Positions 12,566-22,443 of a stretch of DNA of 64,000 nt are shown one piece after another. Position 1 is the first letter of the stretch; each line of letters opens with the position of its first letter. The DNA comes from Cyanophora paradoxa CCMP329. Taxonomy: Eukaryota; Plantae; Glaucophyta. The translations under genes were made by a program, and so were the position numbers. The notes below the pieces were generated by a model. It did no database searches. It saw nothing but the letters and a program-made list of their open reading frames with translations, and was not told the DNA's origin. The stretch is taken from positions 1-64,000 of the forward strand of contig QPMI01000527.1 of NCBI GenBank assembly GCA_004431415.1, given 5' to 3'.

Positions 12566-13624
12566 ATGTCGGTCGCTGTCCCTCTATTTACCTATGCTGC
12601 CAGCGTGAATCACAAGGGCGATCACACGATTAAGGAGACCACCCTCGGAAACCAGGCCACCGAGGCCCCCTACAACGCCACGGCCGTCCCCTTTCCGAGG
12701 CCGACCTCGTCCGCGTCGGCGAGCTGCGCTGCGACAAGATGCGCACGCGGGAGGGCGGGTCGGCCGTGCCGGGGCGCGTGAGGACGCAGAGGCTCACCGT
12801 CACGAACGGGGCCTGGGACGGGAGCGGGTACACCACGAATCAGGTGACCTTTAATGGGACTGTGAACGGGGAGGGGAATGCGGCTCTGTATGTGCAAGGA
12901 GGCGGAGCAAACGTGGTGGGGGGCTTAGGGTGAGCGGGGCTTCAAACTTGGCGGGCATCGTTACATTGGACGATAAGCTGCAAATTACCGGAACGTCACC
13001 GTACATAAATGGCGGTGGTTCAGGCGTAGCTATAAAGTACAACGAAAACGATAGACTCCTCTGTGGGACTCTTGGCGTTGGTGTTACAGGTACTCTATTT
13101 ACCTCGGCAATCGAAGGCCCTACTAATGGCCTAAGCATAGCAAACACTTCAATCGTTGATAGCGGAAGCGTCAGCTCTGGTCTATCCTTGAGAAACAACG
13201 GCACCGAACGACTGCTGTGCGGAACCGTCGGCGTTGGCATCACGGGTCGGCTCATCGTCTCGACGCTCACGGGCGATGGAAACCGAGCCGTTTATTCGGA
13301 TGCTCAAGGATACCTGACAAACTCGTCGAGCGATAGCCGCCTGAAAGAAAATGTCGCGAGCATGTCGGGCATTCTCCCTCTTCTGCTGCAGCTGAATCCC
13401 GTGTCGTTCACCTGGAAGAACACATCCTCGGGGGTTCGAAAACGGATTACGGTCTCATCGCACAGGAAGTCCAAGGCGTCTTCCCGAGTCTCGTTTTCGA
13501 GAACGCGGATGGATTTCTCGGGGTAAACTACGACAGGCTCATTTCCCTGTCGTTGAAGGCAATTCAGGAACTTTCACAAGAAGTTCAAACTCTCAAAGAC
13601 CAGGTAGCGGCACTGGCGAGCTGA
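12566..13624 (+). CDS. Fibre/spike protein with C-terminal intramolecular chaperone (Peptidase S74), frameshifted
   Basis: SSDSRLKENV..LLQLNPVSFTWK..DYGLIAQEVQGVFPSLV..GVNYDRLISLSLKAIQEL followed by a coiled coil. Internal repeats DRLLCGTLGVGVTG and ERLLCGTVGVGITG. Confidence 0.85.
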
Positions 13625-13644
13625 TCTGGAACAACTAGGAATAA

Positions 13645-15778
13645 CTACACCGCGAGTATCACAATTCGACCGTTGCCACCGTCGCTGAAAGACGAGCCAC
13701 CGTTGCCGCCCCTACCAATGCCTGCTGCGTAGTGAGCGTCTCCGCTATTTCCTGCCACCTGGCCGGACCCAGGATACACCGTAGCATCCGTCAAGTTTCC
13801 TATGTAGCTCGAGCCACCGCCACCTCCAAACATTCTTGCTATTGGGTTCTCTGACACTCCGCTCCTGCTGGACCCAGAGCCTCCACCGAAGTAACCACCA
13901 CCACCACCACCACCGAACCTGTAGCCGCTTGAATCAGGCCCAGTCTCTCCACCTTGGCGCAAAGTTCCCGGGTTGCTGGGCCTGGCCCCTGAGGCCACAA
14001 CACCGGCTCCGCCAGCGGTTTGGGTGCCTCCTTGAGCCGGTATCTCTCCGGTTACTCCAACCAACCCAGCCGCACCACCGGTCAACCCCCCGCCTACTCC
14101 CCCGCCGCCATTCGAATCACATGTACCCCACCTCCGGCCCCTGCAACAACCAAGTCGGTCCCTGCAACGCGCTGAATTGCAGAACGACCACCACCGGCGC
14201 CGTTTTTGTACTCCGGATCGACGCTATGGCTCCAGCCCCTTCCACCACCTCCGTAGACGGTAGCAGTGGCAGTCCCCGATACACCCTTTGGGCCGCCGCA
14301 TCCAACAACAAGGATGAGCGTCTCCCCCGAGGACACAGCCAATGTACCAACTACGCAAGCACCCGCGCCTCCACGGACCCCCGTACCTGCGCGTTCTCCG
14401 CCTCCACCCCGGCCGCCCATACGATGACACGCACAGCCACAGTCCCCGTTGGTACTACGAAAGTCTGGTCGGCCCCGGTGTAGGAGAATGTACCCAAAAC
14501 AGGAGCGTTTGCAGTTGTTGCACTGGCAGACGAGGACTGAGGGCCTTCCTCGCCGATCTGGTTGACGCCCTTGATGGTGTAAGTGTAAGTGGTTCCGTAA
14601 ACGGTCGTTGTGTCCGAAAAGGGCTGCTCGTGTCGCTGGCAAGGAACACGCCACCCCTGTAGATGTTGTAGGAGACGGTGACGCCCGTCACCGGCACCGA
14701 CCACTCGAGCACAACAGGCTGTGCTGCCCCCGCCGCGGGGGTTGCAGTGAGCCCAGTGGGCGCCCCCGGGTCCGTGGTGACGTACGCCGCAATACTCTTC
14801 GGCCCTCCCCTCCCGTGTTCGTCGCGGAGATCTGGTACTCGTACCCTGTACCCAGACGGTGGTCGTGTCGCTGTAGGAGTTGGTCGCGGAGTCTGTGAGG
14901 TAGGCCCCGTCTCTGTAAATCTTGTATCCCGTCGCTCCCGTGGACGCAGTCCAGCTGAGGCTGACAGGCTGCTGCTGGTCGTTGGGTGCTGATGCCGTCA
15001 CGTTCGTGGGGCGTTTGGCATAGTCCAGACCAGGAGCGGATCGGACTTGTCGTATTCGACACCGCCCACGATGCCGGCCACCTGGTAAGAGTATTCCGTG
15101 CCCCACGTAAGAGCAGTGCTATCGTCAATGTACGAGGTAGACAGGGCACTGCTCGCAAATCCGATTGGCGTACCGTTCCTGTAAATTCGAATCGAGTCCG
15201 CGCCCTCCATGGCCACCCAGTTGATTGTGACGACTATGGCGGGTTTCGGGAAGCCCGAAGACGCGGGGCCGCCCCGGCAATAAAATCGCCGTAGGTCTGG
15301 GCCGTGGCGGTCGTGAGCGTGGTGTAGGCTTCGATCTGCGGGCTGAAGCCGCCTATGCCTTGGAAGAGAATGTAATTGCTCATGGCACCCTCGTGGGTGT
15401 AGAGAAGCGACTGTGCGTAGGTTGTGGGCGGGGCTTTGCCATCAGAGCCCGTGCTGCTGCTGCCCTGTTCGCGAACCGCCGCCACGCGGTAGAGTCGCTG
15501 GGCCCCCAAACTAAAGGGAGAGTCCGTGTAGGTGACGGTTGGCGCATTCACCGTGGCCACGAGATCCCAGGGGCCGTTGATGCTGGTCGCCCTGTACACC
15601 TTGTACTTGACGGCGTTGGTGACCGCGACCCAGTTCAGCTGAAAGCCGTACGTACTGTTCCCGTTGTTGAGCACGGAGCCCGATCGCACCTGGGCCTGCC
15701 CACAGTCAGCGAGATCGGCTCCACGCCATACTGCGGAGCCTGCACCACCTGCTTTTTCACGAATACGAAGCGGGGCAT
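13645..15778 (-). CDS. Fibronectin type III repeat protein with C-terminal glycine-rich (ALK/LTK-like) domain, frameshifted
   Basis: About four FN3-like repeats (LNWVAVTNAVKYKVYR; LSWTASTGATGYKIYRDG; LEWS..SYNIYRGG..YTYTIKGVN), then FSYTGADQTFVVPTG..VIVWAAG..GGAGA..LAVSSGETL..GGGGGGYFGGG..GGNGRIVI. Likely start ATG at 15778. Confidence 0.8.
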
Positions 15779-15816
15779 TTTCCTCTACGATCCGAAAAAA
15801 TATCTGCCCCGGGTAA

Positions 15817-16497
15817 ATGACTTCCAACTGGTACCAGACCCTCAGCGGCTCACTTGACGTTGGCAACAACACCAAGGATTTCGCACGCATACCCTCCGGC
15901 AGTTACGTCGACGTCTTTCTGCAGAATCCCGTCGTGATTCAGGTCGTTCAGAACGCCTACGCCACGCCCAAGATTTATTCCTACCAGCTCTTCTTCGACC
16001 CTCTGAGCCTCAGCGCAGAGGTTATCGAGCTGCTGCACGAATCAGGACTCGTGAAAAAGGTGGCACCTGCCACGGCCACTGCCAACGTCTTGCGCTGTCT
16101 CGAGGTCAAGTTCAGGGAGACGGGGTACGGCCCCACCGTGAACCGGTACCCCAGTTCTTCGAATCTTCCGGGTACGGGAACTTACCAGATGAGGGGTACG
16201 CTCAAGGGCGACGTGCTCTTCACGAAATTCAATCCAAGTCCCGCGACCCTGGGGCCCTCTACACGGGCGGCAACCCACGCGGCTCGACTCTACCCCGCTT
16301 CCCCTTCACCTTTTTCAGGTTCCAGGTCTTCCCCCTCTCCTACGCCGCCGACCAGCCCCACTTCAGCACGGGCGCCAGCCTCTGCGCGGAGCTGCGTGAG
16401 TGCTCGATTTCCTACGCGTACGGCACCGACGCTGACTCTGTGCCTGGGGCCCGCGTCATGAACATCGGTGGCGACATCACCCTCTTTCACGGATAAT
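15817..16497 (+). CDS. Viral beta-rich protein, paralog A of a tandem pair; 3' end approximate
   Basis: Shares QNPV..V..N....P...S...FD, SGL.KK..P, R.LE.KF and LFTKF with the next gene. Confidence 0.6.
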
Positions 16498-16519
16498 CTT
16501 TCTCATTTGAGGTCGCAAA

Positions 16520-17331
16520 ATGCCGACCACCTCGGCCACCATCGTGAAGACCGTGTCTGCCGGCTCGATCGTCCCCGATTTCTACGGCAACGCTGGAACG
16601 TGGCCAACGCAGGGACGGACAAGGTGGAGTGGGACGGAAACTACGCCACCCCGCTCACCGTGAGGGTCCAGAATCCCGTCATGTTGCGCGTCACCTCCAA
16701 CGATTTCGAGAATCCCGCCTCCTGCTCCGTGTACGTGTACTTTGACATCGACTCGGGCGTGAGCGCGGATGAGGCGGAGGCGCTCTGGCTCTCGGGCCTC
16801 CTGAAAAAGATAGAGCCCTCTGTGCCTGATCGGCCCGCCATTCGCGTGCTCGAACTCAAGTTCACCGCTAACACCGCCCTCACTCGCAAATTCGGGAATG
16901 GTGCGAATCCGAACATCAAAACGCATTTAGATGGCGCCCTCATCGATGCCACACACAAGACCACGCAGGCCGTTCCCTTTGAGATGTACAACCTCTGGAA
17001 GATGACCGCAAAGGAGATGATGACGAATGCCACCACGGGCGGCGCCTCGGGTACCGATTATTCATACGGCGCCTCGAATCCCCGTACCCAGGTCTGGCCC
17101 CGGCTCCTCTTCACGAAATTCACTTTCAAATTGTACAACAACATCGCCGGAATGCCTACCTCTGGAATGGTCGTGGGCTCTACCCTCATGGCCGAACTAA
17201 TTGAGGCAGAGGCGGACTACACGACTGCGACTACCAACTCGACAGCGCCAGGCGCCGGAGCCGAAGTTTACGTGGCCTGGGAAACGGTCGGTCGCGAGTA
17301 CGACACCAAGATTCACACCACTAGCGTCTAG
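16520..17331 (+). CDS. Viral beta-rich protein, paralog B of a tandem pair
   Basis: VQNPVMLRVTSND..FD..SGLLKKIEP..RVLELKF..LLFTKF. ATG at 16520 preceded by the shared motif, with one early frameshift. Confidence 0.6.
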
Positions 17332-17685
17332 ACTGGCTAAGCTGCATTAGCACCTGTGTCGCCTCCATCATCTCCCGAATCTCCTCGCTCTTCTCCTGTA
17401 AATTGGCGTACCCCCTCCTCTTCTTGCGAATCTCCGACATTGATGCCCAGCGCAGGTTCTCCCTCCTGTAGTCCAGCGGGTTGCCGTTGATGTGTTCCAC
17501 GTAGCGTCCACGTGGCGACTTCCCGAGGATCAGCTGGGAGAGGTAGTGCTTGCGCCCTCCAAACGTCTTGCTCACCCTGTCCCTGTCCACTCTCCAGGGA
17601 AACTCCAAGGCACTCGGGGTACGTCCGAGTTGACCAGGACGTTGTAGGCGACGTCTTGCGAGTCGGTGCACCGGAGCAGGGCCAT
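17321..17685 (-). CDS. HNH endonuclease-like protein (HNH_3 type), possibly degenerate
   Basis: YLSQLILG...VEHINGNPLDYRRENLRW resembles the DHINGN.LDNRRENLR motif. Start ATG at 17685 with upstream TTTTTCTG-N-AAAATG. Confidence 0.75.
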
Positions 17686-17709
17686 TTTGCCCTAGGTTCA
17701 GAAAAACCT

Positions 17710-17789
17710 GGGACTTGGGACTTGGGACTTGGGACTTGGGACTTGGGACTTGGGACTTGGGACTTGGGACTTGGGACTTGGGACTTGGG
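17710..17789 (+). repeat. (GGGACTT)11 heptamer array
   Basis: 11 perfect units plus GGG. Confidence 0.97.
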
Positions 17790-18232
17790 AAGAGTTGAAA
17801 CCCAGGTCCCGGCCCAGACTTTCTCCAGGATCAGAAATTTGTCAGACAAGTCAGGTGAGTTTTTCTACCGACTTTTTTACTCCTACCACTCCTCATACTC
17901 TTTTTTACTCGTAGTCTTTTTTACTCGTAGTCTTTTTTACTCGTATCCCATCTCGTACCCTCCTTCTCTCGACATCTCACACGAAAACTCCTACCCCTCT
18001 TCACATCCGTTTTCGGTTGCATACTCTCGTGAGCTTTCATGTCCAGTATCATGCTACAAGTCGTACACCAGTTCAGACTCTACCTCGCTTGAAATCTCAC
18101 CTGGAATGTCACCAGAAACGTCATATGCAGATTTCCGTACCCCTCTACATGTCTGCCCGGTGGTTAGGGACTTGGCGCGGCAAACTCTCAGATCCAGAGA
18201 GATTCTGGGCCCAGACCCTGAGTCTAACTCTT

Positions 18233-18284
18233 CCCAAGTCCCAAGTCCCAAGTCCCAAGTCCCAAGTCCCAAGTCCCAAGTCCC
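18233..18284 (-). repeat. (GGGACTT)7 array, inverted relative to 17710-17789
   Basis: 7 perfect CCCAAGT units plus CCC; homologous flank. Confidence 0.97.
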
Positions 18285-18358
18285 AGGATCGCGCCAAGTC
18301 GTAACTGAATAGTCGGCCAATTTTTACAAGTATGTACAATGGAATGACGCAATACTAT

Positions 18359-19424
18359 TTACAGCATCTCAAAGTCAGAGTCATCGTCATCGGAAACCAA
18401 CTCAATGAGGCCCTCGGGCGCCGACTTAAGGGGAATGCGGGGAAGGGACTGCGCTGCCTGCACCAAGTCCTGCCGCTCGCGCTCGCGCTGCGCCGCCAAG
18501 GCCGCTGCCGCCTCTGCCTCGCGCTGCTGCTGAGCCTCGATGCGCGCCTTGAGCTCGGCCGCCTCCTTCTGCTTGCGCTCGGCGATCCGCGCCTTGTTGA
18601 TCTGGTACTGGACAAGGCGCTCGTGGCGCCGCTTGCGCTCCAACTCCTTGCGGAGCTCGTTGCAGAGGACGCGCTTCTCAATGGTCTTGACGTGCTGAGT
18701 CAGGCGCTCGCTGTAGTGTGACGTCACGCGAGAACGGGCAATGCCGGCGCCGAGCTTCAAGTCCTTCTCGTGTGCCTTGGCGGGGTCCTTGACGCGCTCG
18801 GAGTTGTCGGTGAATGACGTAGTCTCCATGAACTTCTTCTTGACGATTGACTTGGTCTTGATAATGCGGCGCTTGCGAGTCGGGTTTTCGTTGTCGCCTT
18901 CAGAGTCAGAAGACGACTCAGAGTCGTATGGAATCGGCACGTCAAAGTCGATGAAGTCGTTGATGTCAGACTCGACGTCAGAGGCCTCGGACTTGGCGTC
19001 ATCGGCGGGCTCGGGGGCGGCTCGGCGACGGGCTGAGGGCAGATGACGACGATGACGGAGGGGGTAATTCGTGAAGACTTGAGGGGGTAGGCCCAGGCGA
19101 GCGTCTCGGCAGCAGACTCGGCGAAAAGCTTGGGGTCGCCCCAGCCGTTGGCGGTCTTGACCCAGCCGGGGACGGGGGGCACGTCGACGGGGGCTCGGGC
19201 TTGGGTTGCTTGGACTTGGATTTCTTGGCCTTGGACGTGAAGGCGGACTTGGGGAGAAGTTGCACTTCGGGGCCAGTGGCGCGTAAGATGGCATAATTGT
19301 AGATGTACCCCAGAGCGTCGGCGCGCTGCTCCATCTCAGGGGTAGCCCCTTGAGTGCCACCGGAGTTAGCCCACGTTGCTTGGACAAAGGCGAAGTCCTC
19401 GGCAAGCTCAGCGGGAATCGACAT
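18359..19424 (-). CDS. Viral hypothetical protein, acidic/basic with coiled coil and C-terminal SIM-like motif, frameshifted
   Basis: MSIPAELAEDF...; RKRRIIK; coiled coil; ends LIELVSDDDDSDFEML. Confidence 0.6.
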
Positions 19425-19842
19425 CTGCGCAAAGGGAAAAGAAATCAGCAAAGGCAAAACGTGAGGTGACTGTGAGGGCGGACTTGTGAAAATTCGGAGA
19501 GGCGGGTTTCCTTGGGCTGAGAGAAGGCGGCGAACCCGTTTCAAGAGTGAGCCAAAATGGCGGCGGACCGCGGTTTTGTGGGCGATTTTTTTCGCGGTCT
19601 AGTTCGCAACGGAAAACGTTGCCAACTGGCCTGAAAAAAGCCAAATTTAGCGTTGGACCGAAGGCAGAAAAAGGGAGCCGGCCTGACGGAAATCGCCCGA
19701 GTGCGTCCGCCGAAGGTCGAGTCTCGGGCCGGGGGTACACCCTCAGGGGCCCCCCTGGCCCCTCACCCTGGTAGTGCCCTCTCAAAGGGATTTTCGAAGC
19801 CGTACAATTCTTGGTAAGTCTCGTAATCCGGGCTGTACCCCC

Positions 19843-20232
19843 TCACAATCTGCGGGAGCCCATTGAAAGCCTCCGTCTATCCTCTCTCAATTCCCTGCGG
19901 AAAAGTCTACGGTCTTCTCGAGCTTCGCGTGTCACGCCAGCTGGGCGTGGTCTATGATTGTTAGGGTTGTCGTAGCCTGGTCCCACCAGCCTCACGAAAT
20001 TTTCGCGTATGGCCTCGGGGAGGCTCTGGAAACGGCTCGTCGCGTGGAACTCAATCCATTCATTGAATCGACGCGGATATTGACGGATGACTTCAAGCAC
20101 GCCCTGTGTGTTGGGCTCTGGTGTTACGTCGGGGATGTCATGTCCCGTGAGGTGCCAACGCCAGAACTCGCGCAACCTCTCGAATGCCATATTCAACTCA
20201 AAGGGAAAATCGTAATAGAGATTGCCTGACAT
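19843..20232 (-). CDS. Viral hypothetical protein (~129 aa)
   Basis: MSGNLYYDFPFELN... preceded by AAATTTTCG-N-AAAATG. Confidence 0.55.
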   Translation of the reverse strand: MSGNLYYDFPFELNMAFERLREFWRWHLTGHDIPDVTPEPNTQGVLEVIRQYPRRFNEWIEFHATSRFQSLPEAIRENFVRLVGPGYDNPNNHRPRPAGVTREAREDRRLFRRELREDRRRLSMGSRRL

Positions 20233-20290
20233 TTTTCTCCCCGTCCGAAAATTTCCCCGCTTTTGGGTCCAGACTCTGATTCCAACTCTT

Positions 20291-20342
20291 CCCAAGTCCC
20301 AAGTCCCAAGTCCCAAGTCCCAAGTCCCAAGTCCCAAGTCCC
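20291..20342 (-). repeat. (GGGACTT)7 array near the inferred viral end
   Basis: 7 perfect CCCAAGT units plus CCC, with the same GGGAAGAGTT flank as the other arrays. Confidence 0.97.
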
Positions 20343-21093
20343 AGGTCACATTTTTCTCCCATTTTGACTCGAGATTCTGACCAAGTCCAAATCCGGGCCC
20401 GGGATTCGAACCCTCGTTTTCGATCGATTTCACGCGTGAAAACGGCACTTTTCGGCCTTTTCCGATTTTTCCTTTCTCGCGATCGCATTAATGTCCCCGA
20501 TCTCGAAATCGCGATCGAAAAGGGTCGCGATCGGGAGAAAATCGCGATCGCCAGGGTCGTGATCGCCGCGATCGCCAGCCTCGGAGGGGGTACCCCCACA
20601 GCTGTTGCGGCGGTTATAAGAACCTCCGCAATCCAAGCGTCACTTCCGAGTCTCGAGCTCTCGGAGTTGCCTTTTCGCGTTTGGCCCATTGATGGCCCAT
20701 TTATATATATAACGGGCGGGCGGCCGCGTCCGAATCGGTCCGATGGTCCAGGCCTACCGGACCAGTAGTACCGGTAGCCTGCGGTAGGCTGCGTCCTGGC
20801 GCGCGGCGCCGGCGTCCCGGGTCCAGGCGGTTTGAAATACTTAGCCGTCAATTGCCAAGAGGTCGAATTCACCAAAAAACAAAAAAGAGGTCGAATTCGG
20901 AAATCATTGAATTTTAAACGACGGCAATGTTGCTGGGGGTAGGGATTTGCTAAGGCGCCATAGAGGCTGATGATAGAGCTAGCGCTAACGTCTCAGTTAC
21001 GTGAACTTACGTCTGGCAATTTATCGCCACGGCAATTCCGGTTTTGGGCGAATTCGGCAAATTTACTCCACGGCAATTTAACTTCGCCTACAG

Positions 21094-21322
21094 TACTGTA
21101 GGATGGCTTAAATTGCCGTGTAGTTAAATTGCCGAATTCGGCCAAAACCGGAATTGCCGTGGCGATAAATTGCCGAAATTCTGGATTTCTTCTATGGCGC
21201 CATACAAAAGCGGCCGTTTAGCCCTACCCCCTGAGAATTGCCGCGGCTCTAAATTGCCGAATTTGGCGTCTCGGCAATATACGGCAATTTAAAAGTACGG
21301 CTAAAAAAGCCATCCTACAGTA
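21094..21322. mobile_element. TA-flanked MITE (Tc1/mariner-pogo-like termini)
   Basis: TA-CTGTAGGATGGCTT ... AAGCCATCCTACAG-TA terminal inverted repeats. Confidence 0.7.
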
Positions 21323-22443
21323 GCACTACCGGTCTACCGGTGGTCTATAGCCTACTAGTACTAGTAGTAGCTACGCCGCAGCTACGCGCGGTACCGCGCG
21401 ACGTACGTACTAGTACGGGAGTCACGGGACTACGGTCCGCGGAGACTCGACCGTCGGACTGCGATCGATCGTAAATTATTCGTAATCGATTCGGAAACCT
21501 ACATATAGGTCCTAGGAGTCCAGGACCATGGCCCTTAACGATGGATATCGATTCGGGGACCGGAGTCCGGAGTCTGCCTGTCTAGGACGCTACGGAGACT
21601 CGACCGTCGGACTGCGATCGATCGGAGATCGACTATGACCCGGTAGTAGTGCTGGACCTACCGTACTATCTGGTCCAGTACTGGTCCAGTTGAATCGAGT
21701 CTCCGACCAGTACCGTGGCAGTACGGTCACATACTACGGTGGCACCGTGGCAGTACCACCGGGTAGTCTATCATAATGATTGATCGAAGGTCGACCACCG
21801 ACCGTCGGACGATTAATTGCTGCTCAATTCAAGCTATAGACTCTGAGAATTTGCCTGGAAATTGCGGTAGATTCCCATATTGTTTTTTAGTGAATGTACA
21901 GGGCGGCGTCAGGGCCACAGCTGCAGGCTCCACAGGACCACAGCTAGTCTCTAGACAAAAAAGCAATCAACACTGTGACAAATCAAAGAAGTCGCAGAAA
22001 TTTGATGTTTCCGAGTCGACTAGTACTAGTACTACCGGTAATTTCCGATATCGATCGCGACTCGCGACTCGAGTCGCGACTCGCGAGTCCGACGCGGTCC
22101 GACTCACCCGGTCTCACCGTCGATCGCGACGTCCGAGTCCGTCCGACGCCGGACCGACGGCCGATTCGCGAGTCGCGACTCGCGACTCGCGAGTCTCGGT
22201 ACCGCATAATAATTAGTGCGACTGTAACAGAATATTAGTGCGCGCATAATATTAGTGCAGTACCAAATTAGTGCGTTTTTTGCCATGAAAACGCACTAAT
22301 TTGAGACCGCACAAATTAAAGTGTGCTAAGAAACTGCTGTTGGGGTACAGCTAGCTTGTACCTCCCGCCCCATACGGTGGGCCATACACTGGAAACGAAA
22401 AAACGCATGTACTAATTTGAGACCGAACTAATTACAATTTACA

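Larger units (their letters stand above)
1..20712. mobile_element. Endogenous small dsDNA virus, mriyavirus/yaravirus-like (right part; left end outside the window, right junction approximate)
   Basis: Dense, essentially intronless gene array with A32 ATPase, VLTF3, two HUH endonucleases, fibre and structural genes and a shared upstream motif. Switches abruptly to palindrome-rich, intron-containing host-type DNA after a (TA)n tract near 20.7 kb. Confidence 0.85.

Noticed and set aside
17337-18339. ORFs with LGLGTWD or PKSQVPS repeats
   Set aside because: Translations of the heptamer arrays; no coding signal or upstream motif.
17710-20342. Actual chromosome telomere
   Set aside because: The arrays are short, internal, in both orientations and flanked by viral genes.
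1-20712. Polinton/Maverick, virophage or bacteriophage prophage
   Set aside because: No pPolB, RVE integrase, terminase or portal seen. VLTF3 plus HUH point elsewhere, though the unseen left part prevents full exclusion.
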